DNA of 64,000 nt from Octopus sinensis (Eukaryota): NCBI RefSeq assembly GCF_006345805.1, contig NC_042998.1, positions 19,840,001 to 19,904,000 of the forward strand. The letters are read 5' to 3'. The translations under genes and the position numbers were made by a program. This document shows, one piece after another, positions 25,525 to 38,311 of the stretch (position 1 is its first letter; the number at the start of each line of letters is the position of its first letter). Under the pieces are notes generated by a model. The model had not been told where the DNA came from and ran no database searches. It saw only the letters and a list, made by a program, of their open reading frames with translations.

Positions 25525-26638
25525 CATCCCGTAAATAATGCAGTTTTTTCAATTGCCTGAACTGAAAGTCGGACAAAGACGGGATAAACCACATACATCA
25601 ACTTGGTATAAAAGTAGGTGGTAATTGCACCTTCTACGTATTCTTATGGCAAATTCTAAAGAGTTCAGTTCGATTTTAATACTTATTTTATAAAAGTTAT
25701 AATGGAAGTGATGAAGGAAAATATTCGGCATATTTTGCTTTATGAGTTTAAGAAAAGAAACAACTCGAGGGAAAGTGCGAGGAATATTAATGCAGTATAT
25801 GATGATTGTTAGCGCACCGGGCGAAATGCTTAGCGGTATTTCGTCTGTCGTTACGTTCTGAGTTCAAATTCCGCCGAGGTCGACTTTGCCTTTCATCCTC
25901 TCAGCGTCGATAAATAAAGTACCAGTTTCGCACTGGGTCGATGTAATCGACTTAATCCCTTTGTCCTTGTTTGTCCCCTCTATGTTTAGCCCCTTGTGGG
26001 TAGTAAAGAAATATATATGATGATAAGAAAGTAAGCGTAAGCCAGTGTCAACGGTGGTTCCAGATATTCCGAGCCGGAAGCAACAGCCTAGAAAATGGGC
26101 CTCGTACTGGAAGATCTGTAGAGCACGACAAGGACGTCCTGCAAAACTTGGTGGAACAAAATTGTATCGTAACTGTTGAGAAACTAGCATAGAAGCTTGT
26201 ATTTGGTCATTCAATCAGTGATTCAAGTCAGCGCTAGAAGAAAAACGACCATCTTTGGTTTCAAGAAGAAGGGTGTTCTTCCATAAGGATAATGCTCGGC
26301 CACATACAGCGAGGATGACATTCCAAAGGCTGGAGCAGTTAGAATGGGATACGATACCCCAACTACCATATTCGCCAGACATTGCACCATCTGATTATTA
26401 TTTATTCCGTACTCTTCAAAATCATTTGGACGGAAAAAATATGAATTCTTAGACAGCATCAAAACAGCAGCGTAGGAGTATTTTTCGTCACGGACAAGTA
26501 AATGCTACCAGATAGATAGAAGTGCATTGTAGAAAATAAAGGAGAGTATACTTTAGTTTAAAACAGAACTTTGTTAATCTTAATTTTGAAAAAATAAAAT
26601 AAGTACAAAACCACATTATTTATGGAATGACCCAATAT
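25525..26638 (+). mobile_element. mariner (DD34D) remnant with internal deletion
   Basis: MEVMKENIRHILLYEFKK, QCQRWFQIFRAG, HKDNARPH, YSPDIAPSDYYLF. Right TIR ATTATTTATGGAATGACCCAATA; partial left TIR near 25528. Confidence 0.92.
25807..26013 (+). mobile_element. 5'-truncated SINE family A inserted in the mariner ORF
   Basis: 11-bp TSD TATATGATGAT (25796-25806 and 26014-26024); the mariner frame resumes after it. Confidence 0.92.
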
Positions 26639-26707
26639 ATATTGTATATTTATATATATCTGCCTACCTATCTATCCCTCTATAGACAGACAGACATACA
26701 GACATAC

Positions 26708-26790
<83 letters not shown>

Positions 26791-27710
26791 CGAACGAAGT
26801 AACAGATTAACAAACAAACTTATATAACTACTTTGCTGCACGTTAATAACAAAAATATTATTGAAATAAATTATTCTTCTGATTCTAAAATTTATCCCAA
26901 GGCATGAATGATCTTAAATAAGACTTATTTGCATATATACTGTATATTCATTTATAGCCTTCATAATTTCTGCAATTGAATAAATATTTTGTGAGTAGTC
27001 ACATTTTGAAAACTTTATTGTATTTATTGTATTTCAAATTTATTATTAAGAGACTATACAAATTTATACCATATCATATATTGTATTTGTAACAATCTTA
27101 GTATACTGCGCAGTAAATGACAGTAGCAGACGCGTCTAGGTTTAGGAGACTACATTTAATAGACTACAAGCTAACATTTGATTCAACAAGAGACATATGT
27201 CTTTGTCTTTTTATTAAATCATGACTAAAATTACATAAGCAGTCCATTCCTCACATGTTTGTTAACATTGCCTTAAATATAAAGTCCACGTTTGTTGTAG
27301 AACATTCACATTTATTGTTGGAGTGTCCTGTAAAATAGGGGAAAATTTCGTAAGCCTACATAATATGTGAATTTCATATCACTCTCTTTCCTATTTCTAA
27401 CATTCTCTTTCTCTTTACTTGCTCGGTCAATATGAAGCAATCTGCAACAATTGTACAACCTTTCTAGAAACAGCTGTAAAAGCCTACAATCGCACGTTTG
27501 ACAAGTTTACAAAATTATGCCTCACCGAAAACCATGAATTTCCTTTGTACATTATCCACTTTATATATATATACTTTATTTAAAAGCAGCAGAAATTCAA
27601 CAACATCTGTTACTCGGAGTTTCACGTTCCCGTTCGTCGGACTGTTTACTCTACCCCTAGTATTTGAGTACTCTTTTTTCCACCTTGTTTCACATTTATG
27701 TGTTTACTCC

Positions 27711-27754
<44 letters not shown>

Positions 27755-28365
27755 AATTTATACAATATGTTGATGTATAAATATGTTTTAAACTAACTTT
27801 ATATATGTTGACTCCTTATGCTTTTGTTCCTTAATGCGTATACCAGCAGGAGCGATACTTTGCTTACGGTTAATCCTCATTTATGTAGATATCACTCCAA
27901 TGCACTTAAAGCTGAAAGTTAGATATAAATTCGACTTCTGCATTCACTCTATGCATGAATCGATTGGCTTAAATTTTCGTTAGAACTAGCATAAAATATA
28001 TTTACACGCATCCGATGGTGCAATAACATAACAGTTGCACCATATATGTAATATAAATGAGATTGGGAGTTGTTTGAACCTATTGGCATAATGCTGCAAA
28101 GTGTATCATACATATAAGTAACTAGAGCAACGACAGAAAGCATACTAGAATTCTGAGCCAAGGTTATGATACTATGTTTAATATTGTCTTAAGAATGGCT
28201 TTAAGAGAAGTTCAAATAATTTGGAGTTCAATTCTCACACGCAAACTGGGTGCTGCGAAACAGTTATTTAACAAAAAAGCTTAATTATAAAAGTGAGGTC
28301 AGTAATATATCTACTAAAATATATCCATCAAATATGGTTAGTTACCATGGTAACGATACTTAACT

Positions 28366-28507
<142 letters not shown>

Positions 28508-29152
28508 TTTATATAATATATACATATATTTATATATATATATACATATATTTATTATATATATATACATATATATAATGTATCGGCCTTCCGCTGTTAC
28601 ACGCTTCTAAATTTGCATAGTCAATTGTGAGGTACTGGGCAAGTATGTTTGACCACAATCTAGTCTTACGGGTATTTTGCATCTGGACAAATGCTACTTC
28701 ATTTCAACAACTAAGCTGAAACACAGCATGTTTTGAAGATAGCCGACATATATCTTCATTAAATACCTCATTTCCGTGTAATTTGAATCTCAGCTTATAA
28801 GATATGTCGTTGCTCTAGTTAAGACACAGTTATATATATAGTCTGTCATCTGAATCAACGTAAAACGACTATAGAGATCTCCAGACGAGACAGGGTAATT
28901 ATGTGATACATCACACGTTTACTTCATGATTATCCGCTGCAACATCATTCACAATGTAAATATCGATTCTACTTATTCCACACAACGGTTAATGCATGAT
29001 TGGCCAGTCCCTCGGTGAGTATTCTAACGTAATTACATATAGACACTAAGTAACTAGTCTCCTGTGCTTATCTCGCTTCTTCCACTCATAAGTGATATTT
29101 TGGAAGCAATACAAAGTTTTTACATAGTGTTTGGTTTTGAATAAACAAGCAG

Positions 29153-29290
29153 TTGAAGAGAAGTCATGGTAAAGATTATGAAAAACACGTACACATGTGC
29201 AGTGAAAATTATATAGAAAATGTAGAGTTGCATTACCGGGCACGGAATCAACACCAATGGAGGAGATTCGAAAAGGTTCTGCTCTCACAG
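29153..29290 (+). CDS. Candidate internal coding exon (unidentified)
   Basis: CAG| then 46 open codons LKRSHGKDYEKHVHMCSENYIENVELHYRARNQHQWRRFEKVLLSQ then |GTAAAA. The acceptor pyrimidine tract is weak. Confidence 0.2.
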
Positions 29291-29369
29291 GTAAAATTGT
29301 TTAATGGGTTTCTTTAATCGAAATTCAAATACCTGGGTTATATGTGATGTAAATTGATTTCAAATTTTC

Positions 29370-29575
29370 GTACACGGCCAGCAGTTTGGACAGGAGGGGC
29401 TACGTTGATTACATCGACCCAAGTCATCAACTGGTATTTATTTTATCGACCCTAAAAGGATGTAAGGCAAAGATGACCTCAGCGGAATTTGTACCCAGAA
29501 CGTAAAGACGGAGGGAATACTACTGCTCATCATATTACCCGGCATGCTGACGATTCTGCCAGCCCCTCTCTCCCA
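29370..29575 (-). mobile_element. Diverged SINE family A relative
   Basis: Reverse-strand match to the family A head and core. Confidence 0.7.
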
Positions 29576-29685
29576 AACATGTATATGAGATGTAAATTTC
29601 CAGTTTCTATAATTACAGTTAACAGTTTTAATTAGGTTCATGCTTGGCACTACAAATTCAAGAGTCTAAATAAGTATTTAGTATG

Positions 29686-29917
29686 TATTACTTTACTACC
29701 CACAAGGGGCTAAGCACAGAGGGGACAAACAAGGACAGACAAACGGATTAAGTCGTTTACATCGACCCAAGTGCGTAACTGGTACTTAATTTATCGACCC
29801 CGAAAGATGAAAGGCAAAATCGACCTCAGCGGAATTTGAACCCAGAACGTAACGGCAGACGAAATACGGCTACGCATTTCGCCCGGCGTGCTAACGTTTC
29901 TGCCAGCTCGCCACCTT
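29686..29917 (-). mobile_element. SINE family A
   Basis: 13-bp TSD AGTATTTAGTATG (29673-29685 and 29918-29930). Confidence 0.92.
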
Positions 29918-30084
29918 AGTATTTAGTATGAATTACACAACCTTTACACTCCTGCGAGATGGCAGAAATTGCTTTTTTATCATGTCTCCTTTCGTTTCAC
30001 TACAATATGCAAAAGAATTATGCCACCAACACAGTGGTGACTACCCTTGATTAATGCAATTTCATTTCAAGTAATGACACTTAT

Positions 30085-30505
30085 ACTCTTTTACTCTCTT
30101 ACTTGCTTCAGTCATTTGACTGTGGCCATGCTGGAGCACTACCTTTAATCAAGCAAATCGATCCCAGGACTTATTGTTTGTAAGCCTATTACTTATTCTA
30201 TCGGTCACTTTTACCAAACCGCAAACTGACAGGTACGTAGATAGGCCAGCATCGGTTGTCAAGCGATGTTTGGGTGACAAACACAGACACACAAACATAA
30301 ACACACACACACACCCACATATATATATATACATATATACATTTATACGACGGGCTTCTTTCAGTTTCCGTCTACCAAATCCACTTATGAATCTTTGGTC
30401 GGCCTGAGGCTATATTAGAAGACACTTGCCCAAGGTGTCACGTAGTGTGACCGAACTCGGAACTGTGGTTCGTAAGCAAGGTACTTACAACACAGTCACT
30501 CCTAA
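30085..30505 (-). mobile_element. SINE family B
   Basis: Reverse-strand full-length copy. Confidence 0.88.
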
Positions 30506-32439
30506 ATAATCATTTTAGATGCATTAGACACCTTGGCATTTTCATGAGATTCATCTTTCAAAACTTGACGTATATATGTATATATGTATATGCATGCATC
30601 ACAAAGAATTGCAAACTCTTCTCGATATATATTTGGGATAGATATATGTTTCTATCCCATTTATGGATCAATAATTACAAATACTGCGATAGTAAATGCT
30701 GATACTCTATCACGTAGTTATTATCGTAGAAGAAGCTCGTCAATTATTTATTCTATATATCAGTGTGTTTCAAATATACATTTAAATACACGGAACGCAA
30801 TACAAATTATTTTTAAACGTATTATTAAATTTGGTAACTATGCAATTTTAAAGATTTAGTACCTTTGAAGGTTTAACGTGGAGTAAATTAGTTTTCAACT
30901 ACATTTTTGTGCAGGCCTATTCTTCAAGTTATAATGCAATATCGCTATCATGGTGTTTATTGCAGTAAATGGTCCACGAATTTGTCAGAGTCAAAACATC
31001 GAAGATATTGCATTGTTTAATTTTTATCAGTTTTCATGCATTTGTTTATGTGTCCTGATAGCACTAATTCATATAATGAACATAACTAAATTATGTAAAC
31101 GACACACACATTCATATAATTTTGGTTTTCGCTTCACATATAATAATTATCGACTAGAATTCTGTAATGAAAACAAAACTCATACCGAGCCATCAAATAT
31201 AATATTTAATTCAATTGTATTTTTCAAATGATTTTTCATATAATTATGAAATATTCATGTCAGTTTGCTTTCGTTTGCTTCAAATGTAGTGTAATTGGGT
31301 GGAAATTACTTTGTTATTCCGAAGCAATTTGAGGGGGAAAACATTTAAATATTTTAATGTGCATTTTCCGAATTATATTACTTGATTTATATTCATCAGA
31401 ATTTCCTCAGCAAAAGAGGTTTATGAATACGCGATCTTCCTTATATACAAACCATGTCGTTAATCTTCACTTGCCATGTAAGAGATATGGAGACGTTATT
31501 CCAAGGAGAGATATCGATATATATAAAGGGAAATAAATACCATGCCTATTCTCTTATGTTATTAGTTGATATCCTCCTAATGGCTTATGAAATGGCGCTT
31601 GAATGCTGAAGACATTACCATCATAATATAAATTTAGTAAACGGATAAATATGATATTCCATGTGCTTCACTGATAACGTATAAATATATTTCAATGGGG
31701 AATGACACTGCGTGAATATAGGCACAATATTTCTTTCTTTCTAACAGCAATGAGAAGAGAGATGCTTTATGTTGTTACTCATTATATACATTTTCAAGTA
31801 ATAGAAAACTCCTTAGAATTTACTCGATAATTATTCAATAAATATATCGTTAAGTTTCATAATTTGTTTGCTATTGAAAATGGAATATTGTGTATTGGGC
31901 TATATTATAAACGATTAGCACACTTTGTTTAAGAGGAATGAATGCAACTGTGTTCTGGTAATTGGATTACATGATCCAATTATTTGCCAGAAGAAACATC
32001 TTTACAATTAGATTTAGTGGACAGAAAAAAATATTAAAAGTTACAGGAATTCATTGTATTATCAATGAAGATCATAAAATGTTGTGCGCTTGTACAGTAT
32101 AATATGTTCGGTATAGAAGCGTTGATTCATCAGCCACAAGAAAAAATCAAGGATTGTGAACTTCGTATTTATGGCACTTCAAACCCCATTCATAACCGCG
32201 ACTCAAGTCCGTTTAAATATATAAATATTCTATAATTTGTCCAGAGCTTAGATCATAGACTTCTCTATGGATTCACTTCAGTTCCATGGTTTGCTTAATG
32301 CGTTTGAAGAACATTTATTGTTCATTTCTATTTACCATTAAGGTGGACAGAGCCAAAATGATTGCACAACCTTCACCCTCATGCATAAATGCACATATAT
32401 TTGTGTGTATGTGTGTGTTCATGAGTGTGTGTGTGTGTT

Positions 32440-32826
32440 TGTGGAGGCGCAATGGCCCAGTGGTTAGGGCAGCGGACTCGCGATCGTAGGATCGCGGTTT
32501 CGATTCCCAGACCGGGCGTTGTGAGTGTTTATTGAGCGAAAACACCTAAAAGCTGCACGAGGCTCCGGCAGGGGATGGTGATGATCCCCACTGTACTCTT
32601 TCACCACAGCTTTCTCTCACCCTTACTTCCGGTTTCTGTTGTACCTGTATTTCAAGGGGCCGGCCTTGTCACTCTCTGTGTCACGCTGAATATCCCCGAG
32701 AACTACGTTAAGGGTGCACGTGTCTGTGGAGTGCTCAGCCACTTACACGTTAATTTCACGAGCAGGCTGTTCCGTTGATTCGGATCAACCGGAACCCTCA
32801 TCGTCGTAACCGACGGAGTGCTTCCA
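32440..32826 (+). mobile_element. SINE family C, tail type 1
   Basis: Near-identical to 3614-4006. Confidence 0.92.
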
Positions 32827-32868
32827 GTCCAGTGTGTGTGTGCGCGCGCGCGTGTGTGTGTGTGTGTG

Positions 32869-32913
<45 letters not shown>

Positions 32914-33825
32914 TGTAATGTATACAGGTGTGCATGTGTTTGTAGTTTGCATAATTTCCATCGCATGAAATTAGAAGATTAAGTTCTGTTATATCAGAAA
33001 ATACATTTTTGCAACAGCTAACTTAAATACAGGGAAAATGTTTTCCATTTTTTCATTTCCTTGCCATTGTGATATCAACTGATTCATAATCCCCAAATGC
33101 TTTGTTTACTCTCTGAATACCATGCTTAGAACTTTTTACCATTCGTCTACACTGGGCAGCGAAATTCCCAAAAATATCTTAACACATTACTGCTTATTCA
33201 GTTTAGCTCATAGTCGTACTATTTCCTTGTCCAATCTAATTTTCAGTTTTTCATCCGACAGAGACGGCATGCGCCTGAGCAAATTGAGCTGTGTCATTTA
33301 TATTGGGATATTAATTTCTACTGTTGTACATTCAACAGGAAACGGGAACAGTAAAACAATCCCTCGCGGGGACTTCCATTTCTGACTTATCTGTCAGTAA
33401 TCAAATTATCTATCGCGTTATATTGTCTAACAAATAAATTTAAAAAATCTTATTATTTTTGATAAGTAACTTATATTGTGTTGCTTTCACTACTCTCTAA
33501 ATTTCAATTTCCTTCTTTAGAGCAGCATGCGAAAATAAGGGTTATAAATATGTGTAATTATTGATTAAGTATATCAAACCGAACACCATACTATCAAGGG
33601 AATTAATACTGTTCATTGAAACGATCAAGGCTAAATAATTAATCTCTGCATATGTTATGGATACTCAGAATATACCTTTGTTTCTAGGTGTGAAAAGTGA
33701 TTTAAGGAAAACATTCCACTACAGTAAATGGCATTTTGGACTAAGATACTCTCAAGCGTAAAACCATTTTGCTTCAAGCGCTGATCTGTATATTTCCAGG
33801 ACCTGGAACTCAGAAAAACGTAATA

Positions 33826-34034
33826 GAGTTCTATATTTAAGGGATGAGGAATTATGTACATTATTTACATTATTTACATTCGACATATATTTCTCTTCAT
33901 CTTGTTTGATGTTAACACAACGTTTCGGCTGATGGACCCTCCAGCCTTCTTCAGGTGTCTTGGGGAAATTTCGAACCTGGGTTCTCATTTCTACTTCATG
34001 ATTGTGAGCCCGACGCTCTAACCACTCAACCATG
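33826..34034 (-). mobile_element. Short element with tRNA-like Pol III boxes followed by a hammerhead
   Basis: Box A TGGTTGAGTGGT (34032-34021), box B-like GGTTCGAAATT (33977-33967), HHR at 33959-33914, AT-rich tail with (TGTAAATAA)2. Confidence 0.7.
33914..33959 (-). ncRNA. Minimal type I hammerhead ribozyme
   Basis: GACAC-CTGAAGA-A-GGCTG(GAGGGTCCAT)CAGCC-GAAA-CG-TT-GTGTT; stem III is the ACGT palindrome; GUU triplet. Confidence 0.8.
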
Positions 34035-34054
34035 ATATATATATATATATATGC

Positions 34055-34224
34055 AAAATATTCTAATGCCAAATATGCCGAAAAAAAGACAAAAATTGTC
34101 AATAACCATTAAAATTTATGCGTCTTGTTTTGTAAATTATTTATAAATTTAACCTTTAAAGGTATTTTTTGATATGCTTGCCATTGATACAATTTTTCCC
34201 GAAAAAAAGTTTATCCTACATAGT

Positions 34225-34228
<4 letters not shown>
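34055..34228. repeat. Rearranged fragment of the 36963-37502 family (one piece forward, one inverted)
   Basis: 34055-34125 matches about 37075-37138 on +; 34126-34228 is the reverse complement of about 36960-37065. Confidence 0.8.
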
Positions 34229-34299
<71 letters not shown>

Positions 34300-36039
34300 T
34301 ATATATATTTGCACGTGCATTTGTATTCGTGTATGTGTATGTGTGTCTGTCTGAGTGTGCGTGCGTCTGTGTAAAATAGTGTGAATGGCAAATAAGGTAA
34401 GAATGATATAATTCTTGCTGTGTATGGGGAAAGAATTTATTTTGCATTTGATTTGCTCAAAAGTAAAGAGACAAAGAAAGAGTCCCGAAGGAATTTTTCG
34501 TAGTCTGTTGACTGCTTCTTGCAGACTAAAACAGGAAATTCCCTTTGTTTAGTTCCTTTATTTGCACCGATGTTTACGGTGGTAACAAGAGAGCTAGACA
34601 TAGCAATTTCTTACTTTGTTGGAATATGCTTCCCGGGATCAGCTTGTCCCTTCTGAATCTCTATGGAATCTCTCAAATCGTTCCGTTGACAATTAATAAA
34701 TTCTATCCCTATGTGCTCACTCACTTCACGATAATGTCAGATAAATTTAATTAGTGTTTGCCGCAGTAATGAGAGCCAATATATTCATTCTCTCTTCATC
34801 TATATTTGTGTCATTGATCTTTGTAATAGATATCACTTCAGGTCTTCGTTAATTCGATTGCTCGAAAGAGAACTTTCAGCCATAATGCCCGCCTCTAGAA
34901 AAATGGGAATTTCTTCCATTTATGAGTTTCGTCTCATTTTTTAAATGTTATTTATTATTTCTCCTTTAATAACATTAGGTTGTTTAGGGGAGATCGTCTT
35001 TTTTTAAAACACGATAAGGAAATTTATTTATTTTATTTATCAAACTCTGAAGATATTGATTTAGTTTAATTTATCTCAATGCAGCAATTTGAATGCTACA
35101 GAAAAAAAAGACAAGACATTAAAGAGAGAACAGTATCAGACTGACAAAGTACAGATAAGAGTGTTGAAGCATCAGCAGTGTATCATGATGATATATATAT
35201 ATCATTTTTTGCCCGAGAAAAATGTTAGTGATAACAATCTAAGCTAACGATATGTGTTCAAGAGAAAGAAAGAGAGATAAAACAAAGTAGAAAAATATGA
35301 GGCACTCAGGAAAACATCTTACAAGCAACGAAGCGCAACACAGATCGCATATGCATTAGGGAAATGCTGAAATTCGCTAAGAAAAGAACGAAAATGCCAA
35401 CATGAAGAATATAAATCAATAAGTGCCTGAATGTACGAATATGTATTTAACAGAATTTAGAATTATTACTTATACACTCCTCTGAATACAAATCAACCTA
35501 GAAATTCATGTTCTAATGAGCTTCTGGATTTGGGGTGTAAAACGTGATTATTCTATGCGGAGGTTCATAAAACATATGTCATGCACATATATATTTAAGT
35601 AGGTAAATCCTGTGTGCGCGCACGCGCGTGTGTGTGAGTATCTATTAAAACGTACACATATAGAAATATACGTGCTATTATAGTTACTGTTATACAATGG
35701 AATTGAACAGTGAAATCCTACTTATAAAGAGATAGAAATCCAAATTGTTATTGTATAGAATCGAACTAGTGTTTTCAGCCATAATAAACATTGTCAAACC
35801 AAGGCGCGTAACGTAGATTTACAACTAAACACCCTTACCAAAATAGGTATATTCACAGATATTGCATTTTCTCATGATTTCTTGTACATTACCACCAAGT
35901 ACTCTGAGAAGTGAGAAGAGACTAATTCTCCCGAAAGCACATCAAGTATCTTCCCTTTCAATATGAAACTTGTGATTGTATCATTTAAAATACTGAATAT
36001 GTGTTTCACTGTCTCATTTATATGTTGTAAACACACGCA

Positions 36040-36890
36040 CAGAGACAAACGACCAAGATGAAGATTCTTGATGGATTCAAGTTACCTTCATGATTAATAT
36101 CTAGCTTTATTTCTCCTAGTTGCAAGATAGTATAGGAAAATTCTTCCGACAGATGGTCCCCATGCAAATGTACCCTCATATTTGTAGAAAGCTTTAACAC
36201 TTTGATATCTTATCTTTACCACCCACAAGGGGCTAAACACAGAGAGGACAAATAAAGACAGACAAACGGATTAAGTCGATTATATCGACCCCAGTGCGTA
36301 ACTAGTACTTATTTAATCGACCCCGAAAGGATGAAAGGCAAAGTCGACCGCGGCGGAATTTGAACACAGAACGTAACGGCAGACGAAATAGTGCTAAGCA
36401 TTTCGCCCGGCGTGCTAACGTTTCTGCCAGCTCGCCGCCTTTTTAACACTTTGATATGTTTCTATGAAATAGGAGATTTCAAACAGGCTTTCAATTCATC
36501 CGCCTTTGTTCCCCGGGAAATCATTGGCGAAGTTAATGTGAATTCGCCTAAAAGTACTACTGTCACACCTCGCAATCAAACAACTGAAATTGCGCAAATC
36601 CTGCAGCATTCAGCTAACAGCTGCTACAGATTTTTTTATGGGATATCGTAGCTTCGTCTCATATGATCAAAAGAAGAACTTGAGCCAAAGAAGAACTTTT
36701 ACTAGTATTGTAGATAGGTTCACCATTTGAAGTTAGATTGAATGGCAGCTTGAATGCTACGTGAGTTGTTCGACCTCTTGGAAGTAAATTCGCAGCGATT
36801 CATGTGCCCCCAACAGCCAAGGCTATTTCCTTTTTCTGCTGGACATTAGTTAGCACTAAATTTGTAAGTTTCCCCTGGTGCGTCTAAAAA
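36040..36890 (-). mobile_element. Helitron Pif1-like helicase fragment
   Basis: LDAPG, IAANLLPRGRTTHVAFKLP, DEATISHK, VTVVLLGEF, RGTKADELKACLK, KLSTNMRVHLHGD; decayed and interrupted by a SINE. Confidence 0.9.
36209..36441 (-). mobile_element. SINE family A inserted in the Helitron fragment
   Basis: 16-bp TSD TTTAACACTTTGATAT (36193-36208 and 36442-36457). Confidence 0.93.
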
Positions 36891-36962
36891 ATATAATCCT
36901 CCTATCTTATGTGTCATTTGATCAATAATTGTTGTATATGCAATGTTTATATATATATATAC

Positions 36963-37502
36963 AATTGATATAGGCTAAAAAACTTTTCGGGAAAAAATTT
37001 TATCAATGGCCAGCATATCAAAAAATGCCTTTAAAGGTAAAATTTATACATAATTTACAAGATAAGGACAGAATAAAAATTCTAATGCCAGACACGCCGA
37101 AACAAAAAATTGTCGATAACCATTAAATTTATGCGTCTCGAAACAAACCGATAGAAATTACTAAAAAATGCGTTATTACCGTATTGGTCCAATTTCGGGG
37201 TTAATTCACAAGAAATTTTCCCCTCTTCAGCGGCACATACGCGAGATATAAATGAAATACTTATTCATACCCATGGAAGAAGCAAGCACCAAGTGCCGAG
37301 CAAACTTAAGTATCCAAATATATCCAAATAGAAAAATCTTCGGCGCACTTCGAGACACGTGTGATTCGAACTAGAAACTTTCACAGAGTGATAGAATCCG
37401 GAAATGAACACTAATCTATTTATAATTGATATAGGATAAAAAAATTTTCGAGAAAAAATTTTTTATCAATGGCCAGCATATCAGTTGCTAGTTCGAATCA
37501 CA
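36963..37502 (-). mobile_element. ORF-less ~461-bp hammerhead-bearing unit with partial tandem copy and inverted end
   Basis: Direct repeat 36963-37020 / 37424-37483; 37484-37502 is the reverse complement of 37360-37378; (TA)n on both sides. Confidence 0.7.
37177..37235 (-). ncRNA. Type I hammerhead ribozyme
   Basis: TGCCG-CTGAAGA-GGGG(19 nt)CCCC-GAAA-TTG(GAC)CAA-TA-CGGTA; AUA triplet. Confidence 0.78.
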
Positions 37503-38260
37503 TATATATATATATATATGATGCTTAATGAAACTATAGGAAAATTGAGTATGATTACTAAAACTATAGGTAATATCAAAACCGTTAGAATCAGGGTAGC
37601 CATTAAGAAATTAGAGCAATTCATTCGAATTAAACAATAAGAAAGTGGAGGCCAATATAATTTTTGTTGCGTTTAATATTTCGGAGACTTGCTAATCCAT
37701 TTCTAGAAATCTTATTCTCTAAACTATAGAACTCCTTCAATGTGACGTCACTATAAGTGATTAGGATGTCAGTATTATTGATAAGATAAATGATAAAACG
37801 TCACAGCTACAAATGATTCTGTTTATGCACATGGCATAGACATACGTTTAGGGATGTAGGACATAGACATATGTTTAAGGATGTAGGAGCTTCTCTGGAA
37901 CCAGGGCTCGAAACGTGAACGAACATGACGTGCATATATTGAAAATATTCCATTCATTATATTAAGACCATTTGGAGAACACAATCAAGGTCTAGAACAC
38001 ATTACGTTGATTGAGACACGGAGGTCTCCATCACTACAAGTCTCGTTAGGGCGATCTGATAGGATAAGCGATGCATATTAGACGGTCTAAATCTTTGCAA
38101 CATTACTTACTTCAAATTATTTATTTGAAACAAACCATCCGCTGAGAGTTACATGCGAGTAGATATGTAGTAGATACGCATTCATAAAAGCAACACAGGC
38201 ATCAGCTATTGAGTGAGATGGGGCGGGGGGAAATAAAGAAGGAAAGACAGAAAGAGAGAT

Positions 38261-38311
<51 letters not shown>

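Noticed and set aside
33268-33385. Signal-peptide-like short ORF MRLSKLSCVIYIGILISTVVHSTG...RGDFHF
   Set aside because: Only 38 aa, with no donor after the signal-like part; expected by chance in AT-rich DNA.
34440-34900. Long minus-strand frames with scattered stops
   Set aside because: No recognisable domain, and frameshifts are needed to join them; cannot be supported as a gene or element.
37895-37925. GGCTCGAAACGTG resembling the 56875 motif
   Set aside because: There is no upstream core or stem II partner.
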